Below are positions 16,084 through 25,064 of a stretch of 37,969 bases of DNA, piece after piece. The translations under genes were made by a program, and so were the position numbers. The notes beneath the pieces were generated by a model that worked only from the letters and a program-made list of their open reading frames with translations, ran no database searches and was not told the origin of the DNA. Each line of letters begins with the position of its first letter. Position 1 is the first letter of the stretch. The DNA lies in NCBI GenBank assembly GCA_964353605.1, contig CAYGXB010000002.1, positions 1 to 37,969 of the forward strand, in the 5' to 3' direction. The stretch is from an uncultured Bacteriovoracaceae bacterium. GTDB lineage: Bacteria > Desulfobacterota > Desulfomonilia > UBA1062.

Positions 16084-17334
16084 ATGATCAGTTTCGAGAT
16101 ACCCAAAGGGGTTGAGGATGTCGCGCACATGCTACACGGGCTTGCGGAATCGTTGATGCGGAAATGGGCCCGCTGGGCGGATGACCACGAGCACGAGCAG
16201 TGCGAAGAGTGGGTGAACACCATGTGGATCTTTACCAAGAGCGGCCTGAAAGGGCCCACGGCCAGTGGTTCTTCCCGCAAGCAGAAGGAGGGCGATACCC
16301 AGGGGGAAAAGAAGAAGGTCACATACCAGAACCTCATCATGGCCGTGTCCGTTGAACAGCTGTCCTGGGGCGATGCCGGTCTCTACCTGTCCATGCCCTT
16401 CATGGGCCTGGGCGGAGCAGCCATCGCGGCGGTGGGAACAGATGCACAGAAGGAGAGATTCCTGCAACGCTTCGCAACCTCGGAAAAACCGGTATGGGGC
16501 GCTATGGCCATCACCGAGCCGGGGGCAGGTTCGGACTCCGCGGCCATCCGCGCCACGGCGGAACTCGATGAAAAGGCGGGTGAGTGGATCATAAACGGCG
16601 AAAAGATCTTTGTCACCCAGGGCAAGAGCGCGGTCGAGGACTCGGACGGTATCGTGGTGGTCTGGGCCACCCGCGACCGCAAGGCGGGCCGCGCCGGGAT
16701 CAAGAGCTTTGTGGTCGAGGCCCACACACCTGGTATGAAGGTGACCAAGGTGGAGGATAAGCTCGGGATACGCGCCTCGGATACCGCCTCCATCGTGTTC
16801 GAGGATTGCCGGATCCCCTATGATCATGTCCTGGGGGATCCCGGGGTCAAGACGGGCTTCAAGGGGGCCATGGCTACCTTTGACGCCACACGGCCCATGG
16901 TGGCCGCTTCCGCCATCGGCATCGGCCAGGCCGCCCTGGACCGGGTAAAGGAACTCTACGAGCAGAACGGCGGCCAACTGCGGTATGGGCTTAACCCGAA
17001 TACGCTCGGCACAGCCGAACGGGACCTCATGTTAATGGAGGCCCAGATCAAGGCCTCGCGGCTCCTCACCTGGAAGGCCGCCTGGATGGCGGATACGGGA
17101 AAGCATAACAGCCTCGAGGCCTCCGTGGCAAAGGCCAAAACCGGCAAGGCCATCACCTGGGTGACCAACAAGGCCGTCGAGATCGCGGGCCCCCTAGGCT
17201 ATTCCAAGCACGAACTCCTGGAGAAATGGCTCAGGGACGCCAAGATCAATGATATCTTCGAGGGCACTGGCCAGATCAACACCCTCATTGTAGCCAGGCG
17301 TCTGTTTGGGCTATCGAGCCAGGAACTGAAATGA
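16084..17334 (+). CDS. acyl-CoA dehydrogenase family protein (canonical motifs)
   Basis: 416 aa. It has AITEPGAGSD, GEKIFVTQG and the catalytic-base region DIFEGTGQINTLIVARRL. A K/E-rich insertion lies in the N-terminal domain. The SD GAGGAGGG lies upstream. Confidence 0.9.
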   Translation: MISFEIPKGVEDVAHMLHGLAESLMRKWARWADDHEHEQCEEWVNTMWIFTKSGLKGPTASGSSRKQKEGDTQGEKKKVTYQNLIMAVSVEQLSWGDAGLYLSMPFMGLGGAAIAAVGTDAQKERFLQRFATSEKPVWGAMAITEPGAGSDSAAIRATAELDEKAGEWIINGEKIFVTQGKSAVEDSDGIVVVWATRDRKAGRAGIKSFVVEAHTPGMKVTKVEDKLGIRASDTASIVFEDCRIPYDHVLGDPGVKTGFKGAMATFDATRPMVAASAIGIGQAALDRVKELYEQNGGQLRYGLNPNTLGTAERDLMLMEAQIKASRLLTWKAAWMADTGKHNSLEASVAKAKTGKAITWVTNKAVEIAGPLGYSKHELLEKWLRDAKINDIFEGTGQINTLIVARRLFGLSSQELK

Positions 17335-17452
17335 ATCTTATAAGCTCAAACCCCTCATCCCCCCTGAATCTTCAGGGAGGCTAAACATTTGTGGTCTGCG
17401 TTGGGGAGATTGAGCTTCTTCGAGGTGGTATACGTTGCAAGGAGGTGAGGTC

Positions 17453-19465
17453 ATGGGATACAGGACGGACACACTGTGCGGAATATTTCACAGCCAGGCG
17501 CTGCGTTACGGCGATGATTTCCCCTTTCTCACCGGGAAGTTCGATAGAGAAGGCCGGCCGAGCGAGCGCTTTTCCTCCATGACCTGGAAGGAGGCGCGCG
17601 AAGAGGCCATAGACCTGGCCAAGGGACTCATCGCCCTGGGGGTAGTCCGTGGCGACAGGGTAGTGATTTTCTCGGAAAGCACGCCCCGCTGGATCATTGC
17701 AGACCAGGCCATTCAGGCCTGCGGCGCAATCGGCGTGCCCCTCTACCCCACGGTGTCCGAGGAGGAGCTCGCATATATGATCGAGGACAGCGAGGCGCGG
17801 GTGGTGATCGCCTCCACCCAGCCAAAGGCTCTTGAGGTGATCGGTGCACTCCGCGACAGGGAAGATCTGATCATTATCCTCATGAGCCCCTGGGAGGGGG
17901 AGCAGAAGCAGGGTGTCTATGCCTTTCCGGAGGTCATAGTCATGGGGAAGCAGAAGGTAAGCAGGGAGACGATTGAAGAGGGGATACAGCGGGTCATTCC
18001 CGATGACATTGCCTCTATCATCTACACCTCGGGCACCACCGGGAGGCCAAAAGGAGTGGTGCTGACCCAGGGGAACTGGGTTTCCAACATGCATCAGTGC
18101 GCCTCCTCCGAGATGATGCAGCGGGAACGGGAGCGCGATCTGCACCTCAAAGCGCTGGTGCATATCCCCTTGTGCCATGTCTACGGCAGGACGAGCGACT
18201 ACCATGTGACCGGGCTGCACCTCGGCGGCGAGCTCGTCTTTGCCGAGAGCTACCAGACCGTGGCCAGGGATCTCCTTGAAGTCAGGCCCCAGGTGATCAC
18301 CTCGATCCCCCGCCTTTTTGAAAAAACCTATGAGATCGTACAGTCCTCCCTGTCCAGGGCCAAGAAGCCCTACCAGGTTCTTTTCCACTGGGCCGTGGAT
18401 AAGGGGAGGTTCTTCGCCGAAAGCCTGGCGACCGGCAAACGCATGAATCCCCTCCATCTCCTGCAGTTCAGCCTGGCAAGTATGCTCGTCTTTAGCCGTC
18501 TGAAGAGGAAGCTGGGCATGGACCGGGTGGTCCTGGCCCTTTCGGGAGGGGGCAAGCTCTCGAAGGAGATATGCACCTTCTTCCGGTCGCTCGGCATCCA
18601 GTTGAACGAAGGCTACGGCCTCACCGAGACCAGCCCGGTGATCAACTTCAACCAGCCGGAACTCTTCCTGAAGAAGCCTAAAAGCGGCCTGAAGCGGCTA
18701 CTCTATGACTGGATCGTGGATACGACCATCGATCTCATGATCGTCGGACCAGCACAAGGCAAATCCCCCTATGCCAACCCTATCTCCATTCTGAAGCTCA
18801 CCTTCTGCTACTACACCCTCATCTACCGGTTGCGGGTCAAACCCGGCACGGTGGGCAGGCCAGTGATCGGTACTGAGGAGAAGATCGCCCCGGATGGAGA
18901 GATCCTCGTCAAAGGCCCGCAGGTATTCAAAGGATACTGGAAGAGGCCCGAGGAGACCGAAGATGCGTTCACCCTGGACGGGTATTTCAAGACCGGCGAT
19001 ATCGGGATGTTCGATGAAGAGGGTTTCCTCGTGATCACCGACCGCAAAAAGGAGCTCTTCGTCACCTCGGGTGGCAAGAATATCGCCCCGCATCCCATCG
19101 AGGTCTCTTTGATAGAGAGGCTCTATATTGACCAGGCGTGCCTAGTCGGCGACGGGAAAAAATACCTGACCGCCCTCATCGTGCCGGACTTCGAAAGTCT
19201 CAAGCGCTATGCCCGGGACAAGGGCATCGCTTACTCCACTCCCTCCGAACTGGTAGCCAAACCGGAAATCAAGGCGCTGATTGCCAAGGAGGTGGAGGTC
19301 GTGAATGCGAACCTGCCCCGGTATGAACAAATCAAGTATTTCACCCTCCTCGACACGCCCTTTGACGTATCGACCGGCGAACTCACCCCCTCCCTGAAGG
19401 TGAAACGCCGAGTAATCAACGAGCGGTACCAGGAGCTGATCGGGCGGATGTACAGCAATCCTTAA
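17453..19465 (+). CDS. long-chain fatty acid-CoA ligase (AMP-dependent synthetase/ligase)
   Basis: ORF 17435..19465. The ATG at 17453 is preceded by AAGGAGGTG. The AMP-binding motif is IIYTSGTTGRPKGVVLT. Other motifs are EGYGLTETS, GDIGMFDEEGFLVITDRKKELF and C-terminal TPSLKVKRR. Confidence 0.9.
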   Translation: MGYRTDTLCGIFHSQALRYGDDFPFLTGKFDREGRPSERFSSMTWKEAREEAIDLAKGLIALGVVRGDRVVIFSESTPRWIIADQAIQACGAIGVPLYPTVSEEELAYMIEDSEARVVIASTQPKALEVIGALRDREDLIIILMSPWEGEQKQGVYAFPEVIVMGKQKVSRETIEEGIQRVIPDDIASIIYTSGTTGRPKGVVLTQGNWVSNMHQCASSEMMQRERERDLHLKALVHIPLCHVYGRTSDYHVTGLHLGGELVFAESYQTVARDLLEVRPQVITSIPRLFEKTYEIVQSSLSRAKKPYQVLFHWAVDKGRFFAESLATGKRMNPLHLLQFSLASMLVFSRLKRKLGMDRVVLALSGGGKLSKEICTFFRSLGIQLNEGYGLTETSPVINFNQPELFLKKPKSGLKRLLYDWIVDTTIDLMIVGPAQGKSPYANPISILKLTFCYYTLIYRLRVKPGTVGRPVIGTEEKIAPDGEILVKGPQVFKGYWKRPEETEDAFTLDGYFKTGDIGMFDEEGFLVITDRKKELFVTSGGKNIAPHPIEVSLIERLYIDQACLVGDGKKYLTALIVPDFESLKRYARDKGIAYSTPSELVAKPEIKALIAKEVEVVNANLPRYEQIKYFTLLDTPFDVSTGELTPSLKVKRRVINERYQELIGRMYSNP

Positions 19466-19541
19466 ATGCTGAATCCACCCTCGCGGGAGATCAGAAAGAT
19501 TGTTTTTTACTTGTTGAGGCAGCCGAATTGGTACTGCTCCC

Positions 19542-19569
19542 TTGACAAGCCAATCTGGAATATTACTAT
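19542..19569 (+). promoter_or_regulatory. candidate sigma-70 promoter of the carboxylesterase gene
   Basis: TTGACA (19542-19547), a 16-nt spacer, then TACTAT (19564-19569), in an AT-rich stretch 118 nt upstream of the start. Confidence 0.4.
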
Positions 19570-19686
19570 TATATTATCTGCACAATGTGCTAAGCGCCCG
19601 GTTATTCCTGGCTCTTGGGCTGGAATCGTTCACCTGCCTCATGGAGCAGGGGGACTTGGATTTCAGGGTGAAAAGGGGAGGTGCAT

Positions 19687-21549
19687 ATGAAGCACAATCG
19701 TTGGCTTATCAGTCTTATCCTGGCATTGTCTTGTTTCGGCTTCTTTGGGGGGTGCAGCTCATCATCCGATGCGGATCATGCGCTCACACAGACAGGATCC
19801 GAATCGAACCAGGATGCAACTACGCATGACCCCCTCGTTCGGAAGACCGCCTACGGCTATGTAAAAGGCTTCGAGACAAATTACGACACTTGGGCCTGGC
19901 TGGGTTTGCCGTACGCCAAGCCGCCTGTGGGTGATCTGCGCTGGCGCGCTCCGCAGGATTCTGAGCCATGGAAGGGTATACGGGATGCGGGGCGCTTCTG
20001 CAGCTATTGCGTGCAGTATGGGAATTACCTCTCCGAGACCGGTGTGGAGTCCCTTGGCGAGCTCCCGGGCGAGGGAGTGCCGGTGGGGAGCGAGGACTGC
20101 CTCTACCTCAATATCTGGCGCCCCCGTTCGCATGAAAAGAAGCTCCCGGTCTACGTTTTCATCCACGGCGGCGCTAATATCACCGGACGCTCCGACTTGA
20201 GCATATACGACGGCGCACACTTCGCCGCGCGGTCGAACATGGTCTTTGTCACGCTCAACTACCGGCTCGGAGAGTTCGGCTGGTTCTGGTATCCCGCCCT
20301 GTGCGAGGGGAAAGACCCGCGCGATGATTCCGGCAACTACGGTACTTTGGACATCATCAAGGCCTTGACCTGGATCCGCAACAACATCGCCGCCTTCGGC
20401 GGCGACCCCCAAAATGTGACCATAACCGGACAATCGGCGGGGGGCTTCAATGTCTACTCGATGCTTGCCTCGCCGCTGGCTGCGGGCCTCTTCCACAAGG
20501 CCATTGTGCACAGCGGCTTCAGCCAATCCTGCTCCCTGGCAAGCGCCCAGCAGAAGGCGCAGGACATGCTGAACCGCCTCCTCATACAGGACGGGTATGC
20601 CCAAGATGCCCAGAATGCGGAACAATTCCTCCAGGACCTGCAGACGCAACTGGGAGAGGAGCAGTATAAGCAATGGATCAGGCAGTATCTGCGCTCGAAG
20701 ACCATACCGGAGATCTATGCCCCACAGAACAGCGTGCCAATGGCCGCATCCCAGTATGACGCATTGAGCTCGGATGCCAGCATGGGGATTTATGAAGACG
20801 GCTATGTCATCCCCGCAAGCCCACTGGAGTGCCTGCGCACAGGAAACTACAACCGCGTGCCGCTCCTTATGGGGTGCACGATGGAAGAGCTGAAGCTCTT
20901 CGTCCCCCTGGCCTTATTCCCGCCGCGCAAGTTCTGGGAGTTCATGGAGAGTTTCAACCCGAACCATCCTGATTATAATCTGGCGGAGGTTCTAGATCCC
21001 GCCGACTGGCCCCAGATGTTCATGCTCTACGCCCTCCTTACCCCCCTGGGCCAGCTCACGTTTCAAGCCAACGGCACCGACACCATGGCGCCAGCAGCGA
21101 AAAAGTATCAGGATGCGGTCTACGTCTATAAATTCCTCTGGGATGAAGAGCCGGAGCCCTTCGATTACCTGATCGGGGCGGCGCATGCCATGGACCTGCC
21201 CTTCTTCTTCGGGAACTTCATCACGGACAAGTCGAGTTTGACCAGCTTTGCCTGGAGCGACGCCAACCGCGCTAGCCGGGAACCTCTCTCCAATGCCATG
21301 ATGACTTATGTGGCCCAGTTTGCGCGCACGGGCGACCCGAATGGCGCCGATACCGATCTGCCCTTGTGGTCACCGTGGTCCGATAAGCAGGGCGCCCCGA
21401 AACGCATGCTTTTCGATGCAGGTAAGCTCACTATGTCCTCGGAAAGCATCGAACCCGAGCAGTTCCTGTGCCCTCAATGCGTCATGGAGGATATTTTCAA
21501 TCTGATCATGGGTGCCACTGGAAGGAGCAGGGCACTCCTTTACTGGTAA
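19687..21549 (+). CDS. type-B carboxylesterase/lipase family lipoprotein
   Basis: ORF 19681..21549. The ATG at 19687 lies 5 nt after GGAGG. The signal peptide has a lipobox (LSCFGFFGGC). The oxyanion-hole motif is FIHGGA. The nucleophile elbow is GQSAGG. Confidence 0.85.
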   Translation: MKHNRWLISLILALSCFGFFGGCSSSSDADHALTQTGSESNQDATTHDPLVRKTAYGYVKGFETNYDTWAWLGLPYAKPPVGDLRWRAPQDSEPWKGIRDAGRFCSYCVQYGNYLSETGVESLGELPGEGVPVGSEDCLYLNIWRPRSHEKKLPVYVFIHGGANITGRSDLSIYDGAHFAARSNMVFVTLNYRLGEFGWFWYPALCEGKDPRDDSGNYGTLDIIKALTWIRNNIAAFGGDPQNVTITGQSAGGFNVYSMLASPLAAGLFHKAIVHSGFSQSCSLASAQQKAQDMLNRLLIQDGYAQDAQNAEQFLQDLQTQLGEEQYKQWIRQYLRSKTIPEIYAPQNSVPMAASQYDALSSDASMGIYEDGYVIPASPLECLRTGNYNRVPLLMGCTMEELKLFVPLALFPPRKFWEFMESFNPNHPDYNLAEVLDPADWPQMFMLYALLTPLGQLTFQANGTDTMAPAAKKYQDAVYVYKFLWDEEPEPFDYLIGAAHAMDLPFFFGNFITDKSSLTSFAWSDANRASREPLSNAMMTYVAQFARTGDPNGADTDLPLWSPWSDKQGAPKRMLFDAGKLTMSSESIEPEQFLCPQCVMEDIFNLIMGATGRSRALLYW

Positions 21550-21561
21550 GCAGAATCGGAT

Positions 21562-21600
21562 TCCCCCCCTGAGACCCAGACCAGGAGGGGGGGAGCTCGA
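21562..21600 (+). terminator. candidate terminator hairpin after the carboxylesterase gene
   Basis: T-C7-T (21562-21570) pairs with A-G7-A (21586-21594) around a 15-nt loop, then GCTCGATCTTTTA follows. The U-tract is short and displaced. Confidence 0.4.
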
Positions 21601-21651
21601 TCTTTTACGTCGTTGGGTCCTTGATTCTGGCTCTCGCCCGTCCTTTCTCTC

Positions 21652-21680
21652 TTGACTGAGCTTGCTTCTTTATCGAATAT
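21652..21680 (+). promoter_or_regulatory. candidate sigma-70 promoter of the acyltransferase gene
   Basis: TTGACT (21652-21657), a 17-nt spacer, then GAATAT (21675-21680), 30 nt upstream of the predicted start. Confidence 0.45.
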
Positions 21681-21709
21681 ACGGATAATCTTTGAGAGGA
21701 GGGATGGGC

Positions 21710-22840
21710 ATGGCAGGGCAGGAGAGGAGATACGACATCGACTGGCTGAGGGTGCTTGCCATGCTCATGATTTTTTTCTTCCACTGTGCGCGGTTCTTCG
21801 ATCGTGACGGCTGGCAAGTGAAGAATCCCGAGCTCTCCTTCGGATTTACCGTGTTCGTCGCGGTCGTGGCCCAGTTCATCATGCCGCTCTTCTTCCTCCT
21901 CTCCGCGATGAGCGCCTGGTACGCCCTGGGTCGGAGAACCAACCGGGAATACCTTGGGGAGCGGTTCAAGCGACTCGTTGTGCCGTTGATCTTTGGCACC
22001 TTTGTGATTGTGCCGCCCCAGGTGTATCTCGAGCGGTTCAGCCAGGGACCGTTCAACGGTTCTTACTTTGGATTTCTCCCGCATTATTTCGACGGGCTCT
22101 ACGGTTTCGGCGGAAATTTCCCCTGGATGGGGCTCCACCTGTGGTATTTGGAGATGCTGTTCCTCTTCTCCCTCATCATGCTCCCCTTGTTCCGGTTTCT
22201 GCGGACAGGCTCAGGCCAGGGTTTCGTTTCTCGGGTAGCCGAGCTTTGTGCAAAGCCGGGGGGCATCTTGCTCTTTGTCATTCCGATTGCGCTCACGGAG
22301 ATGCTCGTCAACCTCCAGCCCAAGGGGATTGGTTTCCGGGATTTCGGCGGCTGGAGTCCGTTCACCTATCTCCTCTTTTTTCTCCTGGGTGCGGTGATGA
22401 GTGCCGATCCGCGGTTCAGAAAGGGGGTGGAAAGAGGGATGATCCCGGCGCTGGCACTCCTGATCGTCACCACCATCGCCGGGTATCTCCTGTTGACCTC
22501 CGGGGCTTCATCGCACGCACCGGGATTTGCGCTTTTGCGCGCAGGCAATTCCTGGTGCTGGCTGGTCGCGATCCTCGGCGGTGGGGAGAGGTTCCTGAAC
22601 TTTTCGAACGGATGCCTACGGTATGCGAACGAAGCCGTGCTCCCGTTCTACATCCTCCACCAGACGGTGATCGTGGTCATCGCCTTCTTTCTTATCTCCT
22701 GGAGAGCAGGGGTTGCGGTGAAGTATGCCGTCCTCGCTCCCGTATCTTTTGTCATTATCATGGTGCTGTATGAGGTCATGATCAGGCGGATCGGCACACT
22801 GCGTTTCCTGTTCGGCATGCAAGGGCTCTCGCACGCATGA
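21710..22840 (+). CDS. acyltransferase family 3 (OpgC/OafA-like) integral membrane protein
   Basis: ORF 21692..22840. The ATG at 21710 lies 6 nt after GGAGGG. The N-terminal signature is IDWLRVLAMLMIFFFHCARFF, and about 10 hydrophobic segments follow. Confidence 0.8.
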   Translation: MAGQERRYDIDWLRVLAMLMIFFFHCARFFDRDGWQVKNPELSFGFTVFVAVVAQFIMPLFFLLSAMSAWYALGRRTNREYLGERFKRLVVPLIFGTFVIVPPQVYLERFSQGPFNGSYFGFLPHYFDGLYGFGGNFPWMGLHLWYLEMLFLFSLIMLPLFRFLRTGSGQGFVSRVAELCAKPGGILLFVIPIALTEMLVNLQPKGIGFRDFGGWSPFTYLLFFLLGAVMSADPRFRKGVERGMIPALALLIVTTIAGYLLLTSGASSHAPGFALLRAGNSWCWLVAILGGGERFLNFSNGCLRYANEAVLPFYILHQTVIVVIAFFLISWRAGVAVKYAVLAPVSFVIIMVLYEVMIRRIGTLRFLFGMQGLSHA

Positions 22841-22932
22841 AAGCGGTCGATCTCCCCTTGAGAGACGGCGGAGAGGCGCCGCTATCGGAGGAAGAAGGAG
22901 CCTCTCTATTTGTCGGTGCAGGGAGTTGCGGT

Positions 22933-23307
22933 TTATTTGTCTGCCTCGATGAGGCTCTGCACCTTGAAGAGGATGATGTGGGGCGGGGAGGGCTTCACCA
23001 GGTAGAGGTTCGCCCCGGCAGCGTAGGCCTTTTTTCTCTGCTCGGGCCCGCTTTCCGTCGTGAGCATGATGATGGGCAGGTCTTTGAATTCCAGGTTGCC
23101 CCTGATATTGTCGATGAGCTCGATGCCGTCCATGTTCGGCATATTGAGATCGGAGATGACCAGTCTGACATCCGGGTGCTGGGCAAGCTTCTCCAGGGCG
23201 TCTATTCCATCGGTGGCTTCGATGCAGTGATAGTGCTTTGGCTTCAGGGTATGGACGAGGAGCTTTCTCACGGTCGCGGAGTCGTCAATGATCAGGATCT
23301 TGTCCAT
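22933..23307 (-). CDS. single-domain response regulator (CheY-like receiver)
   Basis: ORF 22933..23319. The ATG at 23307 is preceded by GGTGGAGGAA. The receiver residues are present: DD (IIDDS), the phospho-acceptor D (VISDLNMP), T (MLTT) and K (LVKP). Confidence 0.9.
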   Translation of the reverse strand: MDKILIIDDSATVRKLLVHTLKPKHYHCIEATDGIDALEKLAQHPDVRLVISDLNMPNMDGIELIDNIRGNLEFKDLPIIMLTTESGPEQRKKAYAAGANLYLVKPSPPHIILFKVQSLIEADK

Positions 23308-23319
23308 AGGTTCCTCCAC

Positions 23320-24180
23320 CTATTCTTTCTTGTATCCCAATGCCCCCGGGAAGTGCACCAGTTTAAAGGCCCGCGTGATGTTGTGGAGCGATTCCGAATG
23401 GCCGATGAACAGGTAGCCCCCTGGATTGAGGTTGTCATAGAGCTGGGCGACGAATTTCTTGCGCGCGGCATCGTCAAAATAGATGAGGACATTCCTGCAG
23501 AATATGATGTCGAAGCCCTTCATGAGCTGGACCCGCTGGGAGTCCATGAAATTAAGGTACTGGAGTTCCACCAGATTCCTGATCTCATCGATGATGGTGT
23601 AGTGACCTCCGTTGGCCATGAAGTATTTCTGGCGTATCTCAGGCGGTACGGACCGCAAGGCATATTCGTTGTAGGTGGCCTGTTTTGCGCTCTTCAGCGC
23701 CTTCTCGCTGATGTCGCTGGCGGAGATCTTCACATCCCATTCGGTGAGCATGTCCTTGAGCACCTCCTTGGCTACGATCCCCAGGGTATACGGTTCCTCG
23801 CCCGTGGAGCAGCCTGCTGACCACAGGCGCAAAAGCTGCTCGCCGGTTTTCTGCCTGTGGGCCATGATATCGGGCAGGGCCTTTTCCTGAAAAGCCTGGA
23901 TCTGGGGCGGGCTCCGGAAGAAGCTCGTCTCGTTGGTCGTGATGCTGTCGTACAGGGCCGAGAGCTCCTTAGTGGCTTGGGGGTCGTATTTGAGCATGTA
24001 GTAGTACTTGTCATAGTCGGACAGATTATGGGCCTTGAGCCTGAACGTCAGCCTGTTTTCGAGCAGGCTCTTCTTGTTGTCAGCAAAGTATATCCCGGAC
24101 TTCTCATAGATGAAGTCCCTGAGCTGGCGGAAATGCTCTTCGGTCATCAGGATTCCGCTCGGTACGCTCGCTGGTTCCAT
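23320..24180 (-). CDS. cheR: chemotaxis protein methyltransferase CheR
   Basis: ORF 23320..24258. The ATG at 24180 lies downstream of GAGGAGGG. There is an N-terminal CheR helical domain (FRQLRDFIYEKSGIYF). The SAM-binding motif is WSAGCSTGEEPYTLG, and FCRNVLIYFD is present. Confidence 0.9.
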   Translation of the reverse strand: MEPASVPSGILMTEEHFRQLRDFIYEKSGIYFADNKKSLLENRLTFRLKAHNLSDYDKYYYMLKYDPQATKELSALYDSITTNETSFFRSPPQIQAFQEKALPDIMAHRQKTGEQLLRLWSAGCSTGEEPYTLGIVAKEVLKDMLTEWDVKISASDISEKALKSAKQATYNEYALRSVPPEIRQKYFMANGGHYTIIDEIRNLVELQYLNFMDSQRVQLMKGFDIIFCRNVLIYFDDAARKKFVAQLYDNLNPGGYLFIGHSESLHNITRAFKLVHFPGALGYKKE

Positions 24181-24199
24181 CGAGGTTGCCCTTCCCTCC

Positions 24200-25063
24200 T
24201 CAATCTGTAACCGTGGTGATATACTCCCGCACCTTATCAGAGAGATCATCCATTTCAAAGGTGATACGTTCGAGATCGAGATCGTCCATGGGGTAGCCTT
24301 TGTCGTTCAGGATTTTCCACCCCTCCTGGTCGGAGAGGATGAAGGACATCCGGTCTCCGCCATAGGAGAGTTCCTTGGCCTTGGCGAGGAGGTCGGCGAT
24401 GGAAATAAGCGCGGTAATGACCTGATGCTGCGCATGCCTTGGCGCATGGTGCCAGCGAATGATATCGATCAGGTAGTCGGGAAGGTTCCATTTCTGGGCT
24501 ACGTAGTGGCCAACCTCCATATGGGTGGTGCCCAGAATGCGCTGCTCCGCCTCGTGGAGGGGGCAATCCTTTTCGATGGACTGGTCGAGGGCCTTCGAGA
24601 AGTCCGCGCGGAAATAATAATCCAGGACGAGCTTGCCGAGGTCATGGAGCAGCCCTCCCACGAACTCTCTCCCGCTGGTATCCATCCTGAGCTTGTGCGC
24701 CATGGAGCGTGCGACGATGGCGGTGGCCACGCAGTGGTACCAGAACGTCTCCCAGATGTAGCCCTTCTCGCTCGTAAAACTCGTGAGTACGGAGATCGAC
24801 GAAGTGATGTTGACGATCTCATTGAGACCGAGGACGGTGATCGCCCGCTGGACGGTCTCGATGGCCTTTTCTCCCCGCCGGTAGAAGGCCGAATTCGCCA
24901 TCTTGAGGACCTTCGCGGCGAGCGGCGGGTCGCGGTGGATGACCTCCGAGAGTTTGTTGATGGTCACATTCGGGGAATGGGCCAGGTTGAGCGCCTCCAT
25001 GGCGACCACGGGCAGGGTCGGGAGGTCCTCTGTGCCTTTTATCTTTTCGAAGATGGCATCCAT
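24200..25063 (-). CDS. HDOD domain-containing protein
   Basis: ORF 24200..25075. The ATG at 25063 lies one nt after the upstream stop. The HDOD signature is LPTLPVVAMEALNLAHSPNVTINKLSEVIHRDPPLAAKVLKMANSAFY, plus HD-like GGLLHDLGK. Confidence 0.85.
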   Translation of the reverse strand: MDAIFEKIKGTEDLPTLPVVAMEALNLAHSPNVTINKLSEVIHRDPPLAAKVLKMANSAFYRRGEKAIETVQRAITVLGLNEIVNITSSISVLTSFTSEKGYIWETFWYHCVATAIVARSMAHKLRMDTSGREFVGGLLHDLGKLVLDYYFRADFSKALDQSIEKDCPLHEAEQRILGTTHMEVGHYVAQKWNLPDYLIDIIRWHHAPRHAQHQVITALISIADLLAKAKELSYGGDRMSFILSDQEGWKILNDKGYPMDDLDLERITFEMDDLSDKVREYITTVTD

Positions 25064-25064
25064 A

